A stretch of DNA of 64,000 nucleotides from a virus. The stretch's first letter is position 1. The number at the start of each line of letters is the position of its first letter. The stretch is taken from positions 1-64,000 of IMG/VR virus record IMGVR_UViG_3300025697_000014. One strand, 5' to 3'. Shown one piece after another: positions 48,957 to 58,424 of the stretch. The translations under genes were made by a program, and so were the position numbers. Under the pieces are notes generated by a model that was not told where the DNA came from, made no database searches, and saw only the letters and a list, made by a program, of their open reading frames with translations.

Positions 48957-51812
48957 CCATGCTAGGGAGAGACGAGGTGATGAAGTTGGTTAGGCAGGCC
49001 TCCGACATCATACAATGGAACTCGAATACAGGATATGAGCCGATTACCAAAGAAGCCGCCACACTCCTAGTAATCAACATCGAAGATGATCACCTTGTCC
49101 CCTGTATATTCTCCAAAACGATAGATTTGGTTCTAGTAGATAACGATGAATGGGTTTTGACCCTGACAGGAGAAGTATGAGTATTCATGATTGGACCCCG
49201 GAAGAACCCGTCGCACCTTACTGGCGTGCTCTAACCCCTGGCTCTGAACTGTTAGATCTAATAGCCCCGACGGGATTAAATACAGACTGGGTAACAACAC
49301 ATACTTTCAATGGCGGGGATTACATAACAGATGATAGACACGCATCAGATGCATGGAAATTCCCTATAAACGCAGAGGAAGATATGATCATCACAAAAGA
49401 CGATTGCATCAAGCATGTCAACACGCATAAGACGATCTACTACTGTCGTTATAACCCAGGGGACACAAAAGTCATAACCCGTGATGCGGCCAGGAAGATC
49501 ATCATTGAAGCCCCTGATAACTTGTTGCTGATTCAAGATATGTACGGTACAAACACAGTAGCGATTTACAGTAAGAAAGATCGTTTAGATCGAGATTACA
49601 TTTGGTCGATGACACTGTACGAATCATGATCATTACACGAGACGAGGCTGTGAAAGCGCTGAATGGGGTTAATAGGGTATCCTACCTAGTGTTTGGAGTG
49701 AATCAAAAGAAAGTGACGTTGGACTTCGCTCGAACTAAGCTAGCCAATGTGAAAGACACCCATGTACTAACCAGATCAGATATAACGTCATCTCTTAGAC
49801 AAGACTTAACCCACATATTCTGTAGAGAAGAAAATGGCCCGCTCACATGGGCACTAACACTATATAGGTGAATACACAATGGATATCACTAGAGAAAAAG
49901 CTGTAGAGCTTGTGAATAGGGCCGGTAGAGTACGATATTGGTTGGGCTATTCAGCTTACCAAAGCCCATCAAAGAAGTACGTTATCGACTATATCAGAGA
50001 TGCAAAGAGTGATGCTGGATTATCAACCACGACCTTCCCCACCCTCAATCTCATCGTCCTAAAATGCAAAAGGTTTCTATATAGAGAGTTCATTCTAATG
50101 GACATAGAGGACCTATGAAAGTGATAACCACACAACAGGCATTTCTGGCGCTGTCTATGGCAGACAAGATCACCAACTGGATATACGGAAAGCCGAATGA
50201 GCCTATATCCAAAGATGGGGTCATGGAGCTGTTGAGGAAAGTTGCGCTCGTACACGAGATCTGGGCCAAGCCCTATGGAAATGAGATGGAACAGCTGATT
50301 CTGAAATGTAGAGAGAAGGGAATGGGACCTATCTACGCAAATACGTACTGGGAATGGCGAATCGTGCTTGAGGGCGAGAATGTCAAGTGGGCAGCTGCAT
50401 ACCTGCTAATGGACTGATGTATAAGGATGAGATCACCCGGGATCAGGCGTTTAGGATCGTGAGAAGGAGTCTGTTAATCAAGAGTGAGTTAAACAACGAT
50501 AAGATACTTACGCAGGAAGAAGCTGTACAGATACTTCTGGGCACTACTACCCATATCTGGATAGAGCAATATGGTAGCGAGGTACCTTTTTTGTGCACGA
50601 TAGGAAACCATTGCGGAGGAAAAGAGGGAAATTGGGGACTTCGGCTTCGTGGGGTGGAGCCATTGCTAAAGGGGGTGTTTGATGTCGTTTGAGACGATAA
50701 CGAAGGATCAGATGTTTCAGATGCTGTGTAAGACAGAAGTGATCCTGGATTGGACTAACCTTGTAGAGAAGGTTGAGATTACGAAGGAGCAAGCTGTCGA
50801 TATTGTGAAGGATGCAGATGGTGAAATCTGTATCTACCAGTGGAGCTATCATATGGAGGTGTTCTGTAGAACGAAGGATCGTAACGTGTGGAGGATGCTG
50901 CTATACCCAGAGAGTGGAGATTCATTTGCTGAGATTATGAGTGTTTGTGCGCAGAAGGACGCCGGGAAGATATTCATCCCTCGTCAGATATAGGAGATAC
51001 CAATGAGAAATGTAGATATAACTAAACTTCGAGCTCTTGCCTTAATCCATAAGTCAGTTGATATTAACGATTGGGGACCAGTAGCTAATGGGGAAAACGT
51101 CACACACGACGAAGCGTGTGCCATCATACGAAGTACCAAGGAAGACTGGACAATCAGAGTGGAGGAGGGCCATGACGGTATAGAGATGTATTGCTGGAGA
51201 GTGTCACTGGACTGGAAAACAGAGGCTTGGCGACTACACCTGGTACTAAAAAGAGGCCTAGAGCTCGCCAACGAAGCTCTGGATATACCGTATAAGAAAA
51301 AGATAGTATTGAAAAACACCCTGCCAACTATAGGAGATAGATATGGATAAGAGATACTGGATTCAATGCGGAGAGACGTGGATCAACCCCGATAATGTGG
51401 CTGCGATTAAGCCTTCAAGTGGTGGCTATACGGTCTACTTCAACGGGAGTAGGGATCACTATACCATACTTTCTAAGAAGGAGGCTGAGCCTCTGCTGGC
51501 GTTTATGCACTACTTCCACTTTACAGGATGAAATACCCAACGATAACTAGGGACCAAGCATTCCAGATGGTATGTGAAGCAAAGAGCATCCTCGATTGGT
51601 CGGGCTCCGGTGGGAACGGTGCCCTTAGCAAGGATGAAGCAGCTACCCTTGTACGAGACATGGGAGAGAATACCGAGATCTGTCTGAATATGTGGGGTAG
51701 TCACGCAGAGATTTTCTGTCGCGCTGTACCCGTAGATGTGTGGAGAATGTGGATGGCCCCGAGTTCTGTCAATTCGTTTAGAGGTGTTTTGGAAAACACT
51801 GTCCGAGTTTAA
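48953..51812 (+). other. tandem array of nine paralogous small proteins (48953-49180, 49177-49629, 49626-49871, 49879-50118, 50115-50417, 50417-50692, 50682-50993, 51003-51350, 51528-51812)
   Basis: Shared IT(R/K)(D/E)xA...I.xW...(I/L)(T/S)KxxA..(I/L)...(F/Y)C...W.(L/M).L pattern; genes mostly coupled by overlapping stop/start codons. Confidence 0.65.
51343..51531 (+). CDS. hypothetical small protein (paralogue of 52721-52897)
   Basis: WI....  INxDxV pattern shared by both. Confidence 0.5.
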   Translation: MDKRYWIQCGETWINPDNVAAIKPSSGGYTVYFNGSRDHYTILSKKEAEPLLAFMHYFHFTG

Positions 51813-52134
51813 GGAGGGTAGAAGCATCGCCGCCCACTGCAAGATTGAACATAGGGGGGTGTCCTATGCTATGTCTTCTACTAGAGATAGCGTGGCGTGC
51901 ACCCCTCTCGTCTTCCATCTTGTGTGACCCCGCGAGCTGCACACGCAAGGCTAGGCTCACGTAGGGCCGTGATGGTCCACTAAGCATAGGTGGGGCTATT
52001 ACGTCGAATTGACGTGATTTAAGCCCTAATTGCGTGTTTTGGGGCTGAATTGGCCCCTTTGTAGCGTGTAAGAGGAGGGTGGGGCATAGTTACCCACTAT
52101 CACGCTTAACACATACTCACTAATAGGAGGCATC

Positions 52135-52392
52135 ATGAACACGAAGCAATACGTTGTAGTAGTCAATGGTGTTGTCGAGTCAATAGCATCCTTTGGTACA
52201 TCCAACCTATACGCAAAGAATCAGCGTAAGGATGGTAACAGTGTTCTACTACGTCTAGCTATGGTACCAGACTTCGTGGCTTTTGAAGCTGAGAACAATG
52301 CATACTGGGAGCGCTATGCGTTGCACTGTGATGACTGGATCAAGCAGGATAAGGCCCATGCCCAAGCGGTATGGGACGCTGTCACGCTCTAG
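52135..52392 (+). CDS. hypothetical putative early protein
   Basis: RBS AGGAGG. Confidence 0.55.
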   Translation: MNTKQYVVVVNGVVESIASFGTSNLYAKNQRKDGNSVLLRLAMVPDFVAFEAENNAYWERYALHCDDWIKQDKAHAQAVWDAVTL

Positions 52393-52720
52393 TATAGTAC
52401 GCTTCCCCCATACATCACCAGGTGGTGGTGTGTGGGCTAGGTGATACTACACCTGGCACATACGCACTACGCTATGTGTCTATATATGGAGGTATGTGAT
52501 GAAGGCGTTACTAGTGTTGGTATACATGGGCATGGCAGCATTGGCGTTGGTAGTAGCAGCATACGTATTCACATGGGGTATGGCTATGCTCAATGGGCTG
52601 GCCCCCATCTTCTAGTAGTACGCTTCCCCTGTGCTACACCCTGGGTGGTGGCGCACAGGCTAGGTGGTACTACACCTCACACACCTACGCTATGTGGTGT
52701 GTGTATGTATGGAGGTAGTG
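52393..52720 (+). repeat. two ~105-bp imperfect direct repeats (52393-52498 and 52616-52720), each a triple hairpin followed by an RBS
   Basis: TAGTACGCTTCCCC...GGCTAGGTGnTACTACACCT...CTACGCTATGTG...ATGGAGGT present in both copies. Confidence 0.75.
52499..52615 (+). CDS. 38-aa hydrophobic peptide
   Basis: MKALLVLVYMGMAALALVVAAYVFTWGMAMLNGLAPIF, RBS GGAGGT. Confidence 0.55.
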   Translation: MKALLVLVYMGMAALALVVAAYVFTWGMAMLNGLAPIF

Positions 52721-52897
52721 ATGAACAAGCATTGGATACGACTGGAAGATGGTGGATACATCAACATGGATACTGTATCTATTACACACGCACCTGACAA
52801 TGGGGATATTGCGGTGTTCTATACTGATGGGAACGAGGGAGAGTTCTCTGGTCAAGATGCAGAGAACATTATCCGCTACCTTGAGCTTGTGTCATAG
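52721..52897 (+). CDS. hypothetical small protein
   Basis: RBS GGAGGT. Confidence 0.55.
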   Translation: MNKHWIRLEDGGYINMDTVSITHAPDNGDIAVFYTDGNEGEFSGQDAENIIRYLELVS

Positions 52898-52982
52898 TAG
52901 TGAGCTGCATTCTGCGCACAACACGGGTTGTGCGTAGAGAAGGTGTCACTACACCTACCGTATCTATGTTGTATAGGAGGCT

Positions 52983-53315
52983 ATGATGCAAGTGTTCCTG
53001 ATGTTGTTGACGTATAAGTCGTTTACTCCGTATCACTGGTTGCGCCCTATGTCTGACGCTATTCCTGGCACACACTGTGTCATTGATGTGGGGGTGCTTC
53101 CCAAGCGCCGTTGCTACGAGATCAAGCGCCCGGGCAAGTTGCCGCTGGGCGTTATCGAGAACTATGGTGATGATGATCCATACGCGAATTACTGGACCGT
53201 CTTTGCTATCGAGGATGATGAGTGGCGCAGGGTTGGCATACCTCACAGTGGCCACAAGCGCACTATGGGCCTGGGTAAGATCAAGGCCGAGATGAAGAAA
53301 CTCGGTTTCCTGTAG
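52983..53315 (+). CDS. hypothetical protein
   Basis: RBS AGGAGG. Confidence 0.55.
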   Translation: MMQVFLMLLTYKSFTPYHWLRPMSDAIPGTHCVIDVGVLPKRRCYEIKRPGKLPLGVIENYGDDDPYANYWTVFAIEDDEWRRVGIPHSGHKRTMGLGKIKAEMKKLGFL

Positions 53316-53419
53316 TATGTTTCGTTTGCTCATCACTGACGAGTGGTGGGCAATCTGGGCAATACTACGCCTGACGCACCTGCATTACGCGGTGCGTCTT
53401 TTTCATAGGGAGGTTCACT

Positions 53420-53506
53420 GTGAAGGGTATCGTAGTAGTAGTATCGAACATCGTTGTTGTTGTTGTGTTCATTGTGCTGTATGTGGTGGCGTGTGGGGTA
53501 GTGTAG
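53420..53506 (+). CDS. 28-aa Val-rich hydrophobic peptide
   Basis: GTG start, RBS GGGAGGT, MKGIVVVVSNIVVVVVFIVLYVVACGVV. Confidence 0.4.
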   Translation: MKGIVVVVSNIVVVVVFIVLYVVACGVV

Positions 53507-53531
53507 TGTTCTGCGCACAAGGAGGTATGTG

Positions 53532-53741
53532 ATGAGGAGGATTACGCCTCAGATGCTCAGCAGGTACGCTGTAGCGTGTAGACAGGTAGTAGTAACGATA
53601 AAGGGATCATCCTTTATCACAGTCCGTAGAGTGTATTCTGGTAGTGAGGAATATACGACGCCGTACTCAGTGACGAATATGAAGCGCCTCGTCCAGTTCG
53701 TAGAGACGCTTCCACCATGTGTTACATGGAGGCTTCAATAG
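53532..53741 (+). CDS. hypothetical protein
   Basis: RBS AAGGAGGT. Confidence 0.5.
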   Translation: MRRITPQMLSRYAVACRQVVVTIKGSSFITVRRVYSGSEEYTTPYSVTNMKRLVQFVETLPPCVTWRLQ

Positions 53742-53755
53742 TAGTAGTATTCAGA

Positions 53756-53892
53756 ATCCGGTAGGCGAACGGAGCACACGAGATTGCCTCAAGGGCGATA
53801 AATGGGGCTATGCCGTAGGGATACGGCTGAGTTAGACCTGACTAGAAGCCACGCTGACATGGTCGCTCGTGTGTTGCAATCGCTTACCGGAT
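53756..53892 (+). ncRNA. candidate structured RNA (multi-stem junction)
   Basis: Nested stems ATCCGGTAGGCGA/TCGCTTACCGGAT and GCACACGAG/CTCGTGTGT, inner hairpin GCCGTA-GGGA-TACGGC. Confidence 0.45.
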
Positions 53893-53915
53893 ATTATCTA
53901 TTTGGAGGTAGTGTG

Positions 53916-54275
53916 ATGTTCACAGTGGGTTCGATGGTCTATCTGGTGTCGTTGGAAATCGTCAAATTCGCAGCAGAGTGCGCGAATTTGGAGTTGCTCA
54001 CATACGCAGAGACTTGTGATCCTCAGTATGAGGGCAAGACTTCCGGGTTTGCTAACCACGGCCAGTACTGGTCTTTCGAGGACAGCGCAACAGCCGGTGG
54101 TGGTTGCCGCATTACGTGGTCCAAGAACGTCGCTTGGGTGTCCAGGCACTCAGGGTACGGCTGGGCTGATTGCACACAAGAGGTGTGCGATCTCTTGGAG
54201 GAGTTGGGCGCTAAGCACGCAAAGCAGGTGAGCTTCCGCAATCCGCGTGTGTACGGTACCGTCAGGGGATTCTAA
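53916..54275 (+). CDS. hypothetical protein
   Basis: RBS GGAGGT before ATG at 53916. Confidence 0.5.
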   Translation: MFTVGSMVYLVSLEIVKFAAECANLELLTYAETCDPQYEGKTSGFANHGQYWSFEDSATAGGGCRITWSKNVAWVSRHSGYGWADCTQEVCDLLEELGAKHAKQVSFRNPRVYGTVRGF

Positions 54276-54385
54276 TTCTAGCATAGTGTGTTTCCACTAG
54301 CCGTAATGTGAGCGGCTAGTGTAGACGACATTACGTTGTCTGATGTTGCGTTAAGGGGTGCGCTTTCATCCCTGTGGAGAGACGA

Positions 54386-54628
54386 ATGAGTGAGCGCATA
54401 GTGATGGTATGGTTGGAGTTGTTCGTGTCCACCCCCACAGTTCCGCTGAAGCAGGTATACGCGAGGTTCACAAGCTCACCCAAGGAGGCTATTGCATTTG
54501 TGCGGCAGGCTCGTTCTTTGGGCTTCAAGTGCCGCTATGAGCATGACTTCAGGGGCGCTAAGATGTCGTCGTATACCCAGATTCGCAAGATGTATGCTAT
54601 CTTGAAGAACTTCGGATATAGTGCGTAG
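54386..54628 (+). CDS. hypothetical protein (paralogue of 61575-61817)
   Basis: RFT.SP..A..FV.Q.R.LGF..RYEH.F.G.KMS shared by both. Confidence 0.6.
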   Translation: MSERIVMVWLELFVSTPTVPLKQVYARFTSSPKEAIAFVRQARSLGFKCRYEHDFRGAKMSSYTQIRKMYAILKNFGYSA

Positions 54629-54699
54629 CGTTTAGGGGGAAGCGCGGGCTTCCCTCTAAGCAGTGGGCACAATACCGTGCTTACTACAAGGAGGTTATC

Positions 54700-54876
54700 G
54701 TGACCAAGAAGAATCGTGGATTCGCTGATCGGACGAAGAAGTACTTTGCTCATCAGGGTGGAAGTGGCGGGATGACAGTTGACGAGCTGACAGCTCATTG
54801 TGCGAAGTATGGATCGAAGAATCTGAGTGCTTGGCAGATCAAGGTTATGGAGCAGCGTGGCGTTCTCAAGAAGTAG
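54700..54876 (+). CDS. hypothetical basic protein (58 aa)
   Basis: RBS AAGGAGGT, GTG start. Confidence 0.45.
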   Translation: MTKKNRGFADRTKKYFAHQGGSGGMTVDELTAHCAKYGSKNLSAWQIKVMEQRGVLKK

Positions 54877-54900
54877 TCTTTCTGCGCACAAGGAGGTTGT

Positions 54901-55488
54901 ATGAGAAGATCAAGAATGTCTCCCGAGCAGTGCAGATGTATAGTGGGGCAAGTGCTTAGCGGGGCTAGCTTTAGCGATTTGGCTAAAGAGTATGATGCTA
55001 GCGTCCAGTCCATTTGCAATATCATCAGAGGTAGAACCTATAGCGCCATTACAGGTCGAACCTGCAAGATGACTCCGGAGGAACGCTTTTGGCGTAAGGT
55101 TAATAAGACTGATGATTGCTGGTTATGGACAGGTGCTCCAGACACTAATGGATATGGACGCATAAAGATAGATGGCAAGTTTATAGGCGTGCATCGGTTT
55201 TCCTTCACGCTTGCGTATGGGCCAATACCAGACGGGTTATACATTTGCCACCACTGTGATGTCCCACTCTGTGTCAATCCAGAACACCTGTTTACAGGAA
55301 CAGCAAGAGACAATGCGGTAGATATGGCACACAAGGAACGTGCCTTCGGCACAAAGCTAAGTGCTGATGATGTAAGACATATTAGAGCAAGTAGCTTGTC
55401 TAGAAAAAATCTAGCTAAGAAGTTTGGTGTATGCAGACAGTGTATTGACCAAGTTCTTCTTGGTATTACGTGGAGCTGGCTTGACTAG
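54901..55488 (+). CDS. HNH homing endonuclease with HTH domains
   Basis: RFWRKV, CWLWTG, GYG, HRFS, ICHHCD.P.CVNPEHLF.GT..DN. Confidence 0.85.
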   Translation: MRRSRMSPEQCRCIVGQVLSGASFSDLAKEYDASVQSICNIIRGRTYSAITGRTCKMTPEERFWRKVNKTDDCWLWTGAPDTNGYGRIKIDGKFIGVHRFSFTLAYGPIPDGLYICHHCDVPLCVNPEHLFTGTARDNAVDMAHKERAFGTKLSADDVRHIRASSLSRKNLAKKFGVCRQCIDQVLLGITWSWLD

Positions 55489-56169
55489 GAGGATATGATG
55501 GATAAATGGCAATGTTGCGCCGTCTCGAAGGATGGTATAACCAAACACTTTGGCACACAACATGAGTGCCAGGTATATGTTCGATACCATCCTCTCTGTG
55601 AAGTGCGGGAGCGGCTTCACGGCTACAAGAAATACCGTGTGGAAGCGGTGTTCGTTGGTGATACCGTATACATCTTCGAGGGTGGTTGGGTGGATGCCTT
55701 GCCGTTCGTTGTAGACCACGACTATGATGACCTGAGAACGTATCATGACCAGAAAGCCATGTATCGCTGGATACGTGGTCACGAGATTGAGAATGTCGTT
55801 CGTGTTAAGCGACGACACAAGGAGAATAGTATCGTGTCCAAGAAACGCATTAGGACCTATTGCATATACTCAGGCTTCTCCGGCGACAGCATCACCAACA
55901 AGTTCAGGAATAGTAGTGGCAGGTGGTCTATATTTGTACGAGCTGTTAGTATCAGGCAAGCATACTACTTCGTAGGCAAAGAGGTGATGCTTGACGACCA
56001 ACTCGGTGTATTCTTTATGAATTACCCGGGCGGTCCTTCAATGGCAGGGTTGTTCCAATTCAACAATCGAATGCGAGCTGCGGTGAACAAGGGCTGGACG
56101 AAGTTCAACCGCAAGGGTCGCAAGCCCATTGAATTCAAAGATTCATGGCTTGACTAGGAGGATATGATG
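55477..56169 (+). repeat. 24-bp exact direct repeat TGGCTTGACTAGGAGGATATGATG at gene junctions (55477-55500, 56146-56169; partial third copy 56471-56487)
   Basis: Read directly from the sequence. Confidence 0.85.
55495..56157 (+). CDS. hypothetical protein; C-terminal domain paralogous to 56164-56475
   Basis: VRAVSI.QAY..VG..VM.D...RMRAA shared by both. Confidence 0.6.
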   Translation: MMDKWQCCAVSKDGITKHFGTQHECQVYVRYHPLCEVRERLHGYKKYRVEAVFVGDTVYIFEGGWVDALPFVVDHDYDDLRTYHDQKAMYRWIRGHEIENVVRVKRRHKENSIVSKKRIRTYCIYSGFSGDSITNKFRNSSGRWSIFVRAVSIRQAYYFVGKEVMLDDQLGVFFMNYPGGPSMAGLFQFNNRMRAAVNKGWTKFNRKGRKPIEFKDSWLD

Positions 56170-56475
56170 ACTAAGCGAAGACGACGTACATATGAGCTGT
56201 ATTGCAGCAGTCCGGGTAGTATCGTCAAGTATTACGGAAGATCAAAGCCCTGGGTCATAAAGGTTAGGGCTGTGTCCATCAAGCAAGCATACTGGCTAGT
56301 TGGCAACCAGGTTATGTTTGATGGCTACAAGGGTATCTTCTCACTAGATAACTGCGATGGGCCAAATCGGTCGTTCCCATTTGCGGATAGGATGCGTGCA
56401 GCGTTGCCCAGATCCTGGCGCAACTATGACTATCGAGGCACCGAAGAGATCATAGTTGACGATCGCTGGTACTAG
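56164..56475 (+). CDS. hypothetical protein
   Basis: RBS AGGAGG; paralogue of the previous gene. Confidence 0.6.
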   Translation: MMTKRRRRTYELYCSSPGSIVKYYGRSKPWVIKVRAVSIKQAYWLVGNQVMFDGYKGIFSLDNCDGPNRSFPFADRMRAALPRSWRNYDYRGTEEIIVDDRWY

Positions 56476-56484
56476 GAGGATGTG

Positions 56485-56700
56485 ATGGAAGCTGTACCAT
56501 TGCGCGTCATCAAGCAGCAGATCGCAGATCACTGGAAGCCGCGTGAGTACTGGCTCCCCAATGTGATTCCCATCGTCAGACGCAATGAGCCATGTCCGTG
56601 CGGCAGTGGTAGGAAGTACAAACAGTGCCACGGTAAGCGTGGTATTGAGCGTGAGATGATTTGGCTAGTAGAGGAGGGTCTAGACGACGACGAGGATTGA
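56485..56700 (+). CDS. SEC-C motif (SecA C-terminal metal-binding) small protein
   Basis: [18 protein letters not shown]. Confidence 0.8.
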   Translation: MEAVPLRVIKQQIADHWKPREYWLPNVIPIVRRNEPCPCGSGRKYKQCHGKRGIEREMIWLVEEGLDDDED

Positions 56701-56819
56701 GAATACGGGGTGTCTTCGAGGCTTGTAGTATCGTTGAGAATGTAGTAGCTATTGTGGACAATGAGTCGAATAGCTACTACGTAATATTTGACTGATATTT
56801 TCAGTTACGGGAGGGAACA

Positions 56820-57257
56820 GTGGACGCTATACAAGAGTACATTGGAGATATGGCAACATCGGTGAAGAACACAATCATCGGTCTTGTGGATAACAACAAG
56901 AAGGCCGTAGCTGTGAGTAACTTGATGATGTTGACTGGTGAGGACATTACCTTCACGACACATGTTGTGGAGGCTATTGCCCACGATGCTAAGTGCGGAG
57001 AGACGATGGGTTATGGTCGTAAGGTAGAGAAGTACACCGTGTTGTTGAATGGCGTCGTGGCCATGATTGGTGACTTCGATACAGCTAGTACGTATGCCCG
57101 TGGACTCAGTGGGAATCGGGTTGTGCGCAAGACACAGCCTGATGATTTCGTCAGGTCGTTTGACCGCAAGGTCGTTGTCCACAAGCTCGTTGGCGATAAC
57201 AACAAGCTGCACATTGTGGAAGAGAACTGGAATCAGACTACTCTATTTGGAGGTTAA
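56820..57257 (+). CDS. hypothetical protein
   Basis: RBS GGAGG, GTG start. Confidence 0.5.
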   Translation: MDAIQEYIGDMATSVKNTIIGLVDNNKKAVAVSNLMMLTGEDITFTTHVVEAIAHDAKCGETMGYGRKVEKYTVLLNGVVAMIGDFDTASTYARGLSGNRVVRKTQPDDFVRSFDRKVVVHKLVGDNNKLHIVEENWNQTTLFGG

Positions 57258-57258
57258 C

Positions 57259-57744
57259 ATGTGGTTACCAGCAACACTGGTGAGTTTGAACGATACAGGA
57301 TTTGAGATCGACAGTGCCGAAGATGACTGGGTTGATGAGCAATACGCTCAGCTCATGGACGGAGCCGATCTCTATGATGCGGTGATGGAGCGCACAGCTG
57401 CGCAGGCTATCGCGTCGGTGCCAAAGCTGGAAGGTACCCCAGCTAGGGTATGGAAGGTCTTCACAGACTTGGTTGAGGGGCCACGCTTTGAGCTATATAA
57501 GGACTACGACCCCATCTCAGCAAACGAGTGGGCTAAGATATATAGGCACGTTGAGCAACCGTTCGCTATCGAGATACTCTTCTCATATGAGAACATGGGC
57601 ATGAAGTACACCTTGTGTAACGTGGATCAGTACGGTGAGTTCAGCCCGGTAATATCAATATCTGGTGGAGCTGACATGGAAGCTGACATGTTCTACGATG
57701 GGGATATCAACCCCCTACTATGGAGGCACGAATGTTTGTTCTAG
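57259..57744 (+). CDS. hypothetical acidic protein
   Basis: RBS GGAGGT. Confidence 0.5.
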   Translation: MWLPATLVSLNDTGFEIDSAEDDWVDEQYAQLMDGADLYDAVMERTAAQAIASVPKLEGTPARVWKVFTDLVEGPRFELYKDYDPISANEWAKIYRHVEQPFAIEILFSYENMGMKYTLCNVDQYGEFSPVISISGGADMEADMFYDGDINPLLWRHECLF

Positions 57745-57947
57745 TGGTAGATGGAGTTGTAGATGGCAGCGGTGCGTTCATGGACATGGTCAGAGCAGCT
57801 GAGACCGTCAAGATTGGTGACCTGATCGAGGTTCGACGTGCCCGCGAGGGCGACAGTGTGGGCGATGTTGAGTTCGATACAGAAGACGCCAATGAGGAAG
57901 GTTTCGATGTTCTGCCAGACCCTCCTCCTTCAGGTTGGATTTGGTAA
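57732..57947 (+). CDS. hypothetical acidic protein
   Basis: RBS GGAGG. Confidence 0.45.
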   Translation: MFVLVVDGVVDGSGAFMDMVRAAETVKIGDLIEVRRAREGDSVGDVEFDTEDANEEGFDVLPDPPPSGWIW

Positions 57948-58031
57948 TAGCTGCGCAGAAGACTGCGCAATACCTGTTAATATTTGTTAAGTGTACAGGA
58001 AAATCCACACAATGTTGAAAAGGAAACATAT

Positions 58032-58424
58032 ATGCTCAATACTGTCAAACAAAACATATGGTACAATCAGAGAGCACACGACGACATGGACAGAAAGGCT
58101 GCCGATCTACAAAGACGCCTACGCAAAGCCATCACTACATACAACAAGGCCACACAAGCTGTTTATGGTCACAACAGAAGGGTAGCTGGAGGGGTTAGGA
58201 TCACAAAAGAGGTGATCATAGATGTGATCAATGCAGCTAATGGTTTCTGCTGCTGGTGTAACCAGCCGATCAAGAAAGGGCACATCGATCACATCCAACC
58301 AGTATCTCGTGGTGGTGGAAATCAGCCAAGCAACCTGGTGTATATATGCTCTACTTGTAATCTGAGTAAGCACGACAAAACTGTGTTAGAGTTCATGATA
58401 TGGAGGAAACGGAGGCAAATATGA
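58032..58424 (+). CDS. HNH endonuclease
   Basis: CCWC...HIDHIQPVSRGG.N..SNL..ICSTCNLSK. Confidence 0.85.
   Translation: MLNTVKQNIWYNQRAHDDMDRKAADLQRRLRKAITTYNKATQAVYGHNRRVAGGVRITKEVIIDVINAANGFCCWCNQPIKKGHIDHIQPVSRGGGNQPSNLVYICSTCNLSKHDKTVLEFMIWRKRRQI

Noticed and set aside
53805-53850. Hammerhead ribozyme-like arrangement (hairpin, CTGAG, hairpin, GAAG)
   Set aside because: The core reads CUGAGUU and GAAG rather than CUGANGA and GAAA; kept only as an unclassified structured RNA.
52393-54700. CRISPR or mini-array
   Set aside because: The repeats are long, degenerate and separated by RBS-bearing genes, not by uniform spacers.
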